Shown: one piece after another, positions 48,445 to 58,700 of the stretch
How positions within the stretch are numbered: the stretch's first letter is position 1
Layout of the letters: each line of letters begins with the position of its first letter
Assembly (NCBI GenBank): GCA_016463765.1
Contig: JAEMQS010000017.1
Span: forward strand, 10,168-74,167
DNA from: Solirubrobacteraceae bacterium
GTDB taxonomy: Bacteria; Actinomycetota; Thermoleophilia; Solirubrobacterales; Solirubrobacteraceae
Length of the DNA stretch: 64,000 bases
Direction of reading: 5' to 3'
Notes under the pieces: model-generated
Database searches by the model: none
What the model was told of the DNA's origin: nothing
The model's input: only the letters and a program-made list of their open reading frames with translations
Made by a program: the position numbers and the translations under genes

Positions 48445-50448
48445 TTAGTGGCGGGCGGCGAAGGTGCCGCGGATCGCGTCCGAGAGCGTCGCGGGGACGA
48501 TCCTCAGCGCCGAGCTCAGCAGGACGGCATCCGCTGCGCGCAGGCGGTCGAGGTCGATCCGCTCCTCGGCGGCTGCGCGTGCGCCGCCAGTGCCCGGATC
48601 GGCCAGGATCGCGGCGCGTCGCACGCCGGGCAGGAGCCGGCCGTCCGCAGGTGGGGTGACCAGGCGGTCGCCCTCACGCAGCCAGACGTTGGCCCACGCG
48701 GCCTCGAGCACCTCGCCGCCGCGGTCGCACAGCAGCCATGACGCATCCGCGTACGGCCCGCGCAGGACCGAACGGTCCGCCCACTTGTGTTCGCCCAGGC
48801 CGCCGGGCAGCAGCACCGGCACCAGGCCCACGGGCGCGGTCACCGGCGCGGGGGCGGGGCGGGCCATCACGGTCACCGTCCAGCCGCCGCGGTCGTCGGG
48901 CACGGCGATGATCCGCACGGCAGCGGCGCCCTCACGTGCGAGCGCGCGTGCCTCCTCCGTGGCGACGTGCAGGTCGGGCGCCGTCCCGCGGAGGGCCATG
49001 GCGCTGCGCCGCAGCCGCGCGGTGTGGGCATCGAGGGCCACGGGCGCACCGGCATCGACGAGCACGGTTTCGAAGATCCCCTGTGCGGGATCGGGTCGCG
49101 CGGTGGTCGTGGTCAGCAGCGGCGGGGGCGAGGCACGCCGGCGCGCCGCGCCGGTGGCGACGGATGCCAGACCGAGGCCGGCGAGGATGGGCGCGGCCTT
49201 CACGAGGCATTCGCGGTACTCGTCCGCGGGGACCGAGTCGGCCACGATGCCGCCGCCGACGCCCAGCGCGATCGCGTCGCCCTCGACCTCGAGCGTCCGG
49301 ATGGCGACGCTGAGCTCCAGGCCCGCGTGGGGACTCGCGAACCCGATGGCGCCGCAGTGCGCCCCGCGGGCCGTCGTCTCCTCCGCGGCGATGACCTTCA
49401 GCGCCTGCACCTTCGGCGCGCCGACCACCGAGCCCGGCGGGAAGCAGGCGCGGACGAGGTCGGCGTCGCCCACGTCGTCGCGCAGCGTCCCGGAGACGCG
49501 GCGCACGAGCTGCCAGACGCCGGGATGCGGCTCGACCCGCGGGGGATCGACCTCGATGCTGCCGTACGCGCAGACCCGGCCGAGGTCGTTGCGCATGAGG
49601 TCGACGATCATCACGTTCTCGGCCGCGTCCTTGGTCGCGGCGGCCAACTCGGCGGCGGCGGACTCGTCGTCGTGGTCGGCGCGGGGCCGCGTGCCCTTCA
49701 TCGGCAGCGTCTCGACCCGTCGCCCGCGCCGGCGCAGGAACAGCTCGGGCGACGCGCTGAGCACCGCGCCGTCGTCCCACGCGAGGTAGGCGCCGTACGC
49801 GGCGGGCGCGGCGTCCATCAGCGCCAGCCAGGCCTCTAGGGCCGAGCCGTCGAACGATCCGGCGAGCCGCAGACAGAGGTTCGCCTGGAAGATCTCGCCG
49901 GCGCGGATGCGCTCGATGACCGCCTCGACGGCCTCCTCGTGGCCGGCGCCGCCCGGCGCGAGAGGTTCCATGGGGCCGACCGCCCACAGAGCCTGCGCGG
50001 ACGGAGCGGTCAGTCGCGCGCGCAGCACGTCGGCCCGTGCGGCGACGGCGTCGTCGCGTCCGGGCAGGCCGAGGGACTCGAGCCAGCAGCGACCGTCCGC
50101 GTCGAGGACGAGCACGTGGTCGTACGAGGCGAGCCGGTGGGCGGGCGAGGTCGCGCCGCGGACCGGAGGCGACGGGGGGAGATCCTCGAGCCGCGCCCCG
50201 AGCGCGAACCCCAGGAGGCCCACCCAGCCGCCACCGAAGACGACGTCGCCGTCCGGTGCCGGGAGGTCGTCCAGCGCCGCGAACGGGTCCTCGTCGTCGC
50301 CGAGTTCACGGACGGGGGCCGACCCGGCGATCGCGACACCGTCGGCCCAGCGCCCGCTGAGCACGAACGGCCGGTGATCACCGCCCACCGCGCGCGCGAG
50401 TGCGGGGAGGGTGATGTCCTCGGCGAGGAGCTGACGGGTGGCCGGCAT
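48445..50448 (-). CDS. pabB: Fused aminodeoxychorismate synthase component I / ADC lyase
   Basis: GEIFQANL, SASPELF, PMKGT, AENVMIVDLMRNDL, FPPGSVVGAPK, GVGGGI, then class-IV aminotransferase GIFET...HKW...LLPGVRR. Confidence 0.88.
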   Translation of the reverse strand: MPATRQLLAEDITLPALARAVGGDHRPFVLSGRWADGVAIAGSAPVRELGDDEDPFAALDDLPAPDGDVVFGGGWVGLLGFALGARLEDLPPSPPVRGATSPAHRLASYDHVLVLDADGRCWLESLGLPGRDDAVAARADVLRARLTAPSAQALWAVGPMEPLAPGGAGHEEAVEAVIERIRAGEIFQANLCLRLAGSFDGSALEAWLALMDAAPAAYGAYLAWDDGAVLSASPELFLRRRGRRVETLPMKGTRPRADHDDESAAAELAAATKDAAENVMIVDLMRNDLGRVCAYGSIEVDPPRVEPHPGVWQLVRRVSGTLRDDVGDADLVRACFPPGSVVGAPKVQALKVIAAEETTARGAHCGAIGFASPHAGLELSVAIRTLEVEGDAIALGVGGGIVADSVPADEYRECLVKAAPILAGLGLASVATGAARRRASPPPLLTTTTARPDPAQGIFETVLVDAGAPVALDAHTARLRRSAMALRGTAPDLHVATEEARALAREGAAAVRIIAVPDDRGGWTVTVMARPAPAPVTAPVGLVPVLLPGGLGEHKWADRSVLRGPYADASWLLCDRGGEVLEAAWANVWLREGDRLVTPPADGRLLPGVRRAAILADPGTGGARAAAEERIDLDRLRAADAVLLSSALRIVPATLSDAIRGTFAARH

Positions 50449-50495
50449 GCCCTTCCGTGATAGCGGATCCGCGCGCGCGGCGAGCGCCCGGGCGG

Positions 50496-50672
50496 TCAGC
50501 CGCGCAGCAGGACCCAGACCAGCACGGCTGCGAACGCGAGCTGGCCGACGCTGAACGCGATCCCGAGATTGGCGGCGCCGAACAGCAGCGCGACGAGCGT
50601 CCCGGCGCCGAACGCGCCGAGCACGAGTGCGAGCTGCGCGGGCCAGCCGGACGGGGGAGCGGGGACGTTCAT
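50496..50672 (-). CDS. Small two-TM membrane protein (58 aa), not in the ORF track
   Basis: ATGA overlap with the meaB stop; MNVPAPPSGWPAQLALVLGAFGAGTLVALLFGAANLGIAFSVGQLAFAAVLVWVLLRG. Confidence 0.7.
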   Translation of the reverse strand: MNVPAPPSGWPAQLALVLGAFGAGTLVALLFGAANLGIAFSVGQLAFAAVLVWVLLRG

Positions 50673-51646
50673 GCCGCCACCTTAGCCTCGAGGACCGCCA
50701 CGAGCGCGGGGACCTCCAGCGCGGGGTCCTGCTCGGCGAGCAGCTTGACCGCCGCACGGCGCCCCCCGAGACCGCGCACCCCGCGCTCGCCGTGTTCGAC
50801 GGCGAAGTCCGCCAGCGCGGCGGCGCGACGGGCGGCAAGTCGTCGCCCGGGCAGGTCAAGCGCGGCGCGGTGGTCTTCGAAGGCGTCGGCGAGATCGGCG
50901 ATACCGCTCGGGGGCGGGACCGAGCTCACCATGACGACCTTCGTGTCGCGAGCCCCGAGCGAGCGCAGCGCCGCGGAGAGGTCACGTCGCGCGCTGATCG
51001 CGATCTTCCCCAGGTCGGCCTTCGTCACCACGAGGACGTCCGGGGTCTCCATGATCCCGCTCTTGAGGAACTGCAGCGCGTCGCCTGAGCCGGGCTGCAC
51101 GATGACGGCGACGGTGTCGGCGACGTCGGCGACATCGGTCTCCGACTGGCCGACGCCCACGGTCTCGATTACGACGATGTCGAACGCCGGCGCCAGCGCC
51201 TGCGCCGCGGCGCGCGTGGCGGGAGCGAGGCCGCCGAGTCGTTCACCCGCGGCCGTGGAGCGGATGAACAGCTCCCGGTCGCCCGGGTCGAAGTCGATGC
51301 GCGCGCGGTCGCCGAGCAGCGAGCCACCCGAGCGCTTCGACGACGGGTCGACCGCGAGCACGGCCACGGACTTCCCCCGCGTGCGCCACTCGCGCACGAG
51401 CGCGGACAGCAACGTCGACTTCCCGGCGCCCGGCGGCCCCGTGACCCCGATGACGTGGCCCTGCGCCTCACCGCCGAGCTTCGCGGGGGAGAGCTCACGC
51501 AGCAGGGCGGCGGTCTGCTCGCGGTCCGCGGGCGTGCGGGACTCGACGAGATTCAGCGTGGCCGGCGCGGCGCTGAGATCGCGGTCCCGCAGACGGACGC
51601 CGAGTTCGGCGCCGCGTCCGGCGGACGGTGGGGCGGGGACGGACAT
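50669..51646 (-). CDS. meaB: MeaB/ArgK GTPase chaperone of B12 mutases
   Basis: GVTGPPGAGKST, AVDPSS, GDRAR, ETVGVGQSE, TKAD. Confidence 0.95.
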   Translation of the reverse strand: MSVPAPPSAGRGAELGVRLRDRDLSAAPATLNLVESRTPADREQTAALLRELSPAKLGGEAQGHVIGVTGPPGAGKSTLLSALVREWRTRGKSVAVLAVDPSSKRSGGSLLGDRARIDFDPGDRELFIRSTAAGERLGGLAPATRAAAQALAPAFDIVVIETVGVGQSETDVADVADTVAVIVQPGSGDALQFLKSGIMETPDVLVVTKADLGKIAISARRDLSAALRSLGARDTKVVMVSSVPPPSGIADLADAFEDHRAALDLPGRRLAARRAAALADFAVEHGERGVRGLGGRRAAVKLLAEQDPALEVPALVAVLEAKVAA

Positions 51647-51709
51647 CGCGGACACGCTACACGTCGGCGTTTGACCCGCTCTGCGGGCCTTTCGTCGGCC
51701 GAAGACGCC

Positions 51710-53704
51710 CTAGGCGGGGGTGGACACCCCGCCCTTGGCGGCGACGAGCGCCACGATGTCCGACATGATCCGGTTCATGTCGAAGTCCTTCGGCGTGTAG
51801 ACCCCGGCGACGCCCGCGGCCTTCAGCGGGGCGACGTCGGCCTCGGGGATGATCCCGCCGACCACGACGGGCACGTCGACGCCCGCGGCGCGCAGCTCGT
51901 CGATGACGGTCGGGATGAGCTCCTTGTGCGAACCCGAGAGGATCGACAGGCCGATGACGTGCACGCCCTCGTCGAGTGCGCTGCGCGCGATCTGCTGCGG
52001 CGTGAGGCGAATGCCCTCGTAGACGACGTCCATGCCCACGTCGCGGGCGCGGACGGCGATCTGCTCGGCGCCGTTGGAGTGGCCGTCCAGGCCGGGCTTG
52101 CCGACGAGGATCTTCACCGTGCGGCCGAGCGCCTCGCCGACGCGGCCGACCTCTTCGCGCAGCGCCTCGAGGTCGGCGCCGTGATCGGCCGCGGTGGCCT
52201 CCCCGACGCCGGTCGGGCCGCGGTACTCGCCGAAGACGTCGCGCAGCGCCTGCGACCACTCGCCGACCGTGACGCCCGCGCGGGCGGCCTCGATGCTCGC
52301 GGGCATGATGTTCTGGCTGTCGTCGGCGGCGACCTCGCGCAGCTTGGCCAGCGCGGCATCGACGGCGGCCTGGTCGCGCTCCGCCCGCCACGCCTCGACG
52401 GCTTCACGCTGGTGGGCCTCGACGGCGGCGTCCACGGTCATGATGCCGCCGTCCTCGTCGACGAGCGGCGACTCGGACGTCTCCACGAACTTGTTCATGC
52501 CGACGACGACCTGCTCGCCGGACTCGATGCGACGCCAGCGCTCGCGATGGCTGTCGACCAGTGCGGCCTTCATGTACGGCACGGCCTCGACCGCGCCGCC
52601 GTGCTCGGCGACGACCGCCATCTCGGCACGCGCCCCCGCGAGCAGCTCGCCGACGAGCCCGTCCATGACGACCGAGCCCTCGAAGATGTCCGGATACTCG
52701 AGCAGGTCCGTCTCGAACGCGAGGACCTGCTGGATGCGCAGCGACCACTGCTGATCCCACGGGCGGGGGAGGCCGAGCGCCTCGTTCCAGGCCGGAAGCT
52801 GGACCGCACGGGCGCGGGCGTTGCGGCCGAGCGTGACGGCCAGCGCCTCGAGCACGATGCGCTGCACGTTGTTCTCCGGCTGCGCCTCGGTGAGGCCCAG
52901 CGAGTTGACCTGCACGCCGTAGCGGAAGCGCAGATGCTTGGGATCCTCCACGCCGTAGCGCTCGCGGCCGAGCTCCTCCCAGAGGATGCTCATCGCGCGC
53001 AGCTTCGCGTGCTCCTCGACGAAGCGGACACCCGCGTTGACGAAGAACGAGATGCGGCTGAAGACCTTGCCCATCTGGTCCGCGGGCACGCGCTCACGGG
53101 CGGCGTCGAGGACGGCGATGGCGTTGCTCATCGCGTACGCGATCTCCTGGACCGGCGTCGCGCCCGCCTCCTGCAGGTGGTAGCTGCAGATGTTGATCGG
53201 GTTCCACTTCGGCACCTCGGTCACCGTGAAGGCGACCATGTCGGCGATGAGCCGCATCGAGGGGCCGGGCGGGAACGCGTACGTCCCGCGGGCCAGGAAC
53301 TCCTTGATGATGTCGTTCTGCGTCGTGCCCTGGAGCTTGGCGCGGTCGACGCCGTTCTCCTCGGCCGTGCCGATGTACAGCGCCAGCAGGAAGGCCGCCG
53401 TCGCGTTGATCGTCATCGACGTGTTCATGTCGTCGAGGGGGATCCCGTCGAGCAGCGTGTGCATCTCGCCCTTGTGGGGGATCGGGACGCCGACCTTGCC
53501 GACCTCGCCGCGAGCCAGCTCGTGGTCAGGGTCGTACCCGGTCTGCGTGGGCAGGTCGAAGGCGATCGACAGGCCCGTCTGGCCCTTCGCCAGGTTGCCG
53601 CGGTACAGCTCGTTGGAGGCCTTCGCCGTCGAGTGGCCGGCGTAGGTCCGCATCATCCACGGCCGGTCGCGCTCGGGCAGGCGGTGCGCAGGAGTCTCGC
53701 TCAT
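51710..53704 (-). CDS. ecm: Ethylmalonyl-CoA mutase (MeaA/Ecm), B12-dependent
   Basis: PWMMRTYAGHS, KGQTGLSIAFDLPTQTGYD, CSYHLQEAGA, RFRYGVQVNSLGL, QLPAWNEAL, KPGLDGHSNG. Confidence 0.93.
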   Translation of the reverse strand: MSETPAHRLPERDRPWMMRTYAGHSTAKASNELYRGNLAKGQTGLSIAFDLPTQTGYDPDHELARGEVGKVGVPIPHKGEMHTLLDGIPLDDMNTSMTINATAAFLLALYIGTAEENGVDRAKLQGTTQNDIIKEFLARGTYAFPPGPSMRLIADMVAFTVTEVPKWNPINICSYHLQEAGATPVQEIAYAMSNAIAVLDAARERVPADQMGKVFSRISFFVNAGVRFVEEHAKLRAMSILWEELGRERYGVEDPKHLRFRYGVQVNSLGLTEAQPENNVQRIVLEALAVTLGRNARARAVQLPAWNEALGLPRPWDQQWSLRIQQVLAFETDLLEYPDIFEGSVVMDGLVGELLAGARAEMAVVAEHGGAVEAVPYMKAALVDSHRERWRRIESGEQVVVGMNKFVETSESPLVDEDGGIMTVDAAVEAHQREAVEAWRAERDQAAVDAALAKLREVAADDSQNIMPASIEAARAGVTVGEWSQALRDVFGEYRGPTGVGEATAADHGADLEALREEVGRVGEALGRTVKILVGKPGLDGHSNGAEQIAVRARDVGMDVVYEGIRLTPQQIARSALDEGVHVIGLSILSGSHKELIPTVIDELRAAGVDVPVVVGGIIPEADVAPLKAAGVAGVYTPKDFDMNRIMSDIVALVAAKGGVSTPA

Positions 53705-53757
53705 CACCCTGGATTGTAAGGTTCCGCGCCATCTCCGGGACGCCCGACCCCATCGAC

Positions 53758-54570
53758 GTGCGACATCTCGGTCGCGAACAGGTCATCTGCTGTTGGCGTG
53801 TTGACGACGTGCTGGTCGATCCCGGGCCGGCGTCGTCGCTGCCGAATCTGCTCGAAGCGCTCGGCGACTGGCGGCCGAACCGCATCCTGCTGACGCACAT
53901 CCACTTCGACCACGCCGGTGGCGCGGGCGTGCTCGCGCGGCGCTGGCCCGACGTCGAGGTGTGGGTCCACGAGCGCGGAGCGCCGCATCTCGCCGACCCC
54001 TCGAAGCTCGTCGCCTCGGCCACGCGGCTGTACGGCGACGACATGGACCGGCTGTGGGGGGAGATCGCCCCGATCCCGGCTGAGCGCCTGCGCGTGCTGA
54101 GCGGTGGCGAGCAGATCGACGGGTGGGAGGTCGCGTACACCCCCGGCCACGCCAGCCACCACGTCGCCTATCGCCACGAGCGCACCGGGTGGGCGTTCAC
54201 CGGGGACGTCGCGGGGTGTCGCATCGCACCGAGCGACTTCATCATGGCGCCGACGCCGCCACCCGACATCGACATCGAGGCGTGGCACGCCTCGGTCGAC
54301 ATCCTCCAGGCCTGGCAGCCGGTCGCGCTCGGCCCGACGCACTTCGGGGCCATCACCGACCCCGCGGATCATCTCGAGCGGCTGCACGTGGTCCTCGACA
54401 CCTGGGCCGAGCTCGCCCGCCGCCTGGATACGGAGGACTTCGCCGCCGCCACGCGCGCGGCGACCGCCGCGGCGCTGCCGCTCGCTGCGCGCGACGCGCT
54501 GGCGCAGGCGATGCCGCCCGACCACCTCTGGCCGGGCCTGCACCGCTATTGGTCCAAACGCGACGCCTGA
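53758..54570 (+). CDS. MBL-fold metallo-hydrolase
   Basis: THIHFDHAGG, TPGHASHH, FTGD, PTHFG. Confidence 0.9.
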   Translation: MRHLGREQVICCWRVDDVLVDPGPASSLPNLLEALGDWRPNRILLTHIHFDHAGGAGVLARRWPDVEVWVHERGAPHLADPSKLVASATRLYGDDMDRLWGEIAPIPAERLRVLSGGEQIDGWEVAYTPGHASHHVAYRHERTGWAFTGDVAGCRIAPSDFIMAPTPPPDIDIEAWHASVDILQAWQPVALGPTHFGAITDPADHLERLHVVLDTWAELARRLDTEDFAAATRAATAAALPLAARDALAQAMPPDHLWPGLHRYWSKRDA

Positions 54571-54623
54571 GCACGCGTGCGGCCTTGGACGATCCCCGCC
54601 CGCTCGCTAGGCTGCCGAGACGT

Positions 54624-54911
54624 ATGAGCCAGACCATCGAGCTCCCCCGCGTCTCCGGTCCCGGCTCGGGCCTCGGGGACGCCTGGCGGGTCATCGTCAA
54701 GAACGATGACCACAACACCTTCCAGCATGTCGCGCACACGCTTGCGCGGTTCATTCCCGGCGTCACGGTCGACGCCGGCTACGCGATCGCGGATCGCATC
54801 CACAACAGCGGCCTGGCCGTCGTGTGGACCGGCCACCGCGAAGCGGCCGAGCTGTACTGGGATCAGCTGCGCGAGGCGGGCCTGACGATGGCCCCGCTCG
54901 AGCAGGGCTGA
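54624..54911 (+). CDS. clpS: ClpS adaptor protein
   Basis: WRVIVKNDDHNTF, IHNSGLAVVW, AELY..QL...GLT. Confidence 0.9.
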   Translation: MSQTIELPRVSGPGSGLGDAWRVIVKNDDHNTFQHVAHTLARFIPGVTVDAGYAIADRIHNSGLAVVWTGHREAAELYWDQLREAGLTMAPLEQG

Positions 54912-54946
54912 CCGCCCGTCCCCGACAGGTCACCGGTTCTCGGGAT

Positions 54947-54970
54947 GTTTGGCGCGGGTCGCATCGGGCA
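54947..54970 (+). promoter_or_regulatory. Putative autoregulatory SigB/F-type promoter (GTTT-N15-GGGCA)
   Basis: GTTT 54947-54950, GGGCA 54966-54970, 18 nt before the sigma ATG. Confidence 0.55.
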
Positions 54971-54988
54971 GGATCTGTCCCAGGGACG

Positions 54989-55753
54989 ATGAAGGACCGC
55001 GACGCCAGCACGACCACTGCTGCGCGCGCTCGCCGTGAACGCGAGCTGCTGCGCCGATACCACGAGCAGGGAGACGTGCGCGCGCGCGAGGAGCTCGTCC
55101 AGGAGATGCTGCCGTTGGCCCGCTCACTGGCCGCGCGGTATGCCGGTCGCGGCGAGCCGCTCGACGATCTCGTCCAGGTGGCGTCGGTCGGCCTGGTCAA
55201 GGCGATCGACGGCTTCGACCTCGAGCGCGAGGTGCGCTTCTCCAGCTACGCGACGCCCACGGTGCTCGGTGAGCTGCGCCGCCACTTCCGCGACACGACC
55301 TGGATGGTCCGCGTGCCGCGCGGCATGCAGGAGCTCCAGCTCGAGATCGCACGGCATCGCGACCGGCTCACGACCGAGCTCGGCCGGGCGCCGACGGTGC
55401 AGGAGCTCGCCGACGCCGTCGACCAGCCCTTCGAAGAGGTGCTCGCCACCATCCAGAGCCAGGACGCGCGCCGCGCACGCTCGTTCGAGGAGCCGACGGG
55501 CGAGGATCTGACGCTTGGCGACACGCTCGGCGGAGGTGACCCCGAGCTGGCCCACGCCGAGACGCGCGCGATGCTCGGTGAGGCCTCGGAGGTGCTCTCC
55601 GAGCGCGACCGCGAGGTGCTGCGACTGCGGTTCGTCGAGGACCTCACGCAGTCGCAGATCGCCGAGCAGGTCGGCGTCTCGCAGATGCAGATCTCGCGGA
55701 TCATCCGCCGCTCCCTGGAGCGGCTGCGCGAGCGGCTGGGCCATTCGGGCTAG
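54989..55753 (+). CDS. SigB/SigF/SigG family sigma factor
   Basis: DDLVQVASVGLVKAIDGFD, FSSYATPTVLGELRRHFRD, TQSQIAEQVGVSQMQISR. Confidence 0.95.
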   Translation: MKDRDASTTTAARARRERELLRRYHEQGDVRAREELVQEMLPLARSLAARYAGRGEPLDDLVQVASVGLVKAIDGFDLEREVRFSSYATPTVLGELRRHFRDTTWMVRVPRGMQELQLEIARHRDRLTTELGRAPTVQELADAVDQPFEEVLATIQSQDARRARSFEEPTGEDLTLGDTLGGGDPELAHAETRAMLGEASEVLSERDREVLRLRFVEDLTQSQIAEQVGVSQMQISRIIRRSLERLRERLGHSG

Positions 55754-58700
55754 CGGGACCTCGCGCGCTCTGCGCGCGCCTTGGCCGCGTCACGCTTCTC
55801 GTTGTCCTGCGCGGTCTGCAGCACGGTGAACGGCGCCTCGGTGCGCTTGTACCGCGCTGCCTCGGTGGGCTTGGTCCAGTCGTTGTCGGGGCCCTGGGCG
55901 CTGACCGTCACCCGGCCGGCGAACTCCGCGTCGACCTTCGCGATGCGCAGTGACCGCTGCTCCCTGCTCGCCCGGTGGCGCTGGACTTCCCCGTTGGCCT
56001 GGGTGACGACGATCCCGTAGGCCTTGGCCTGCTCGGCCTTGTCCCACGTCACGACGAGCCCGGCGCCTCGGCGCTGGACCTCGACGTCGGTGGGCGGCGT
56101 GACGGCAGCCTCGGCGGAGGCCTTGAACTTGGCGAGTGTCTGCTCGGCGATCGGGACGCCGTTGATCAGCGCCACCGCGACGATCTCGCGCGAGCCGCGT
56201 GCGCCGTCGGCCGGGGTGAAGGTGATCTCGCCCTTGCCGCTCTTCGCCGTGCCGATCTGCTGATAGACGTCCTCGCCCTTCTCGTAGAACGTCACCTGCT
56301 GGTCGCCGCCCTTGGGCCCGAGGTCGTACTTCAGGATCCGCTTGGCCTCGTTGCGCGCCGTGTCGATCTCACCCTCGAACTCCGAGTCGTAGCCCTTGCG
56401 GCTCTCGGCGACCTGGGTGATCTTCGCCGAGCCCGGCTCGGGGGTGACGGTGTACCTGCCCGGCCCGTCGTTGAGGCTGATGAACGTCCGCTTGCCGGTG
56501 AGCTCGCGCATCGCGCCGATGTCGTTGCCCGGCGCGTAGGTCAGGTCGTCGCCAGTGACGGTGAGCGCCTTGCCTGACGGGCCGCGCACGGTGACCTCGG
56601 GGGCCGCCGTGTCGCCCTGCAGGCGCAGCTGCTTGACCGCTTCGCCGGCCTCGCGCTGGAACGTCAGGACCCCTGCCTGGGCCGCGCGTGCGCCCGACGC
56701 GGTGCGCGCCCGCACGTCGGTGATCCAGAACTGGCTGGGCTTGCAGCCGTCGATCGGCCAGATCCCGATGTACTTGTCGGCGAAGCGGTAGCCGCCGCCC
56801 GGGCGGAGCCCGACCGCCTGGCCGCACGCGGAGAACCCGCGGCTGCCGACGTTCGCGTTGGCCCCGAAGCAGACGACGTCGATGCCCAGGCAGGCCTCGC
56901 CCTCGCCGCCGAGCTGGAACCGCTTCGTCGCGAGGGACATCTCGCCGGAGACGCCGCCGGTGACCGCCAGGCCGGGGAGGATCAGCCGCACCTGACCGCC
57001 GAAGAAGACGTAGTCGGGGTACGAGTACATGAGCGCGGCGTTGCCGAAGCCGAGGGTGCCGAACTCAGGGACCTTGATGCCGACGTCGCCGCCGACGGCC
57101 ACGGTCGGACTGGTGAACCGCTTGCCGGCCAGCTGCTTGAACTCACGGCCCGCGTCGCGCTCGTTCAGGACGTAGGGCCGCGACGCGGTCGGGAAGGCCA
57201 GCAGCAGCGCGCCCTTGACGGTCGCGACCTCGCCGACGCTGATCTGCCCACCGCCGCGCACGAGGAACGGGTTGAGCTGCAGGGCGAAGTTCACCTCGTC
57301 GAGGAGCACCCCGGGGAACAGGACGGGCTTGGGGATCGGCCCGCCGAACTGCAGGGCGCCGCCCGCGTGCTTGAAGCTGCCGTTGCAGAAGCCGACCCCG
57401 TTCTGGCTCGGGGGCGCGGTCAGCCGGAATCCGGCCTCCCCCGACTTCCCGCCGCTGATGAAGACGTTGCCGCGCGCCTTCCATTCCTTGCGGGTGCACG
57501 AGGTCCCGGGGTTCGTGTCGCCGTCGATCCCGCCGGCCAGGCGGTACTCAAAGCTCAGGTCGGTGAAGCGCACGGCGCCGATGTACGCCTCGGGGACGGT
57601 GACCTTGAGCTGGTCGAGCACGGGATCGTTGTCGTTGTCGGCGCGCAGCGACGTGCTGGCGCTCGGCGGGTTGCCCCCGAACAGGCTGAATGCGGGAGGC
57701 AGCCTGAGGCTGATCGCGCCCTCCGACCAGCGCTTGCCGTCGGTCGCTCCGATCGAGAGCGAGATCGCCCCGTCGATCTTGAACCCCGCGATGTCCGGGA
57801 TGTCCTTGTTGCCGTCGAACGTGAACAGCGGCGCCCGGCCGGTCGGGAAGTCCTTGGCCCGCTGGCCGAACGCGATGGCCTTGACCTGGTCGACGAGGTT
57901 GAGGTCAAGCGCGCCGCTCTTGACGGTGATGCCGTTCCAGATCATCACCGCGTCGGCTGCGAGCAGGCGCTCGGCCGCGGGCAGCAGCACGATGCTCCTG
58001 CCGTTGCGGGGCCGGATGGTGATCCCGTTGAGCTTGATCGCCTGCTTGGAGACGTAGAACTCCTGGGGCTTCTTGAACATCGCCTTCGCCTGGTCGCACT
58101 TCGACTGCGGGAGCTCGCCCAGGTCGGCTCTGCGGCAGAGGTTGTTGACGACCGCCGGCACGGAGTACTGCTGCTCGAAGTAGTGCGCCTGGCCGACCGC
58201 GCGCTCGGCGGGAGGGACGTCCGCCGGGTCCTCGGTCCGGACGAAGCAGCCACGGGCCTCGACGAGCCGGAAGATGACGGTCGTCCCGTCGATGCACGGG
58301 CGGTTGGCGAGGATGGACGTCGACGCGGAGATCTCGGCGGGACCGCTGGTGAGCACGGCGGGGAGCTGCTTGAGCACCGAGCCGGAGAGCAGCTGCGACG
58401 GGGTGAACGTCACGTTCTGGACCTTCGTGTCCGTCGCCCCGCCCGCGCCCGTGACGATGAGCTTCACCGGCAGCGTCTTGTTCCCGGGGACGGTGAGGCG
58501 CACCGCCGAGTCGCGTGGGGGCGAGGTGAGGTCGATCTTCCCGTCCGAGTCGAAGTCCCACTGCAGCCGGGTGGCCCCGGTCGTCGAGCCGGCGTTCAGC
58601 AGCACCGGGGAGAACGCCGAGGCGCGTGTGGGGGCGCTGAAGGACGCCACCGGCGGCGGCGGGGGCGGTGACGACGGCGGCGCCGGGTCCGGCGTGGCCA

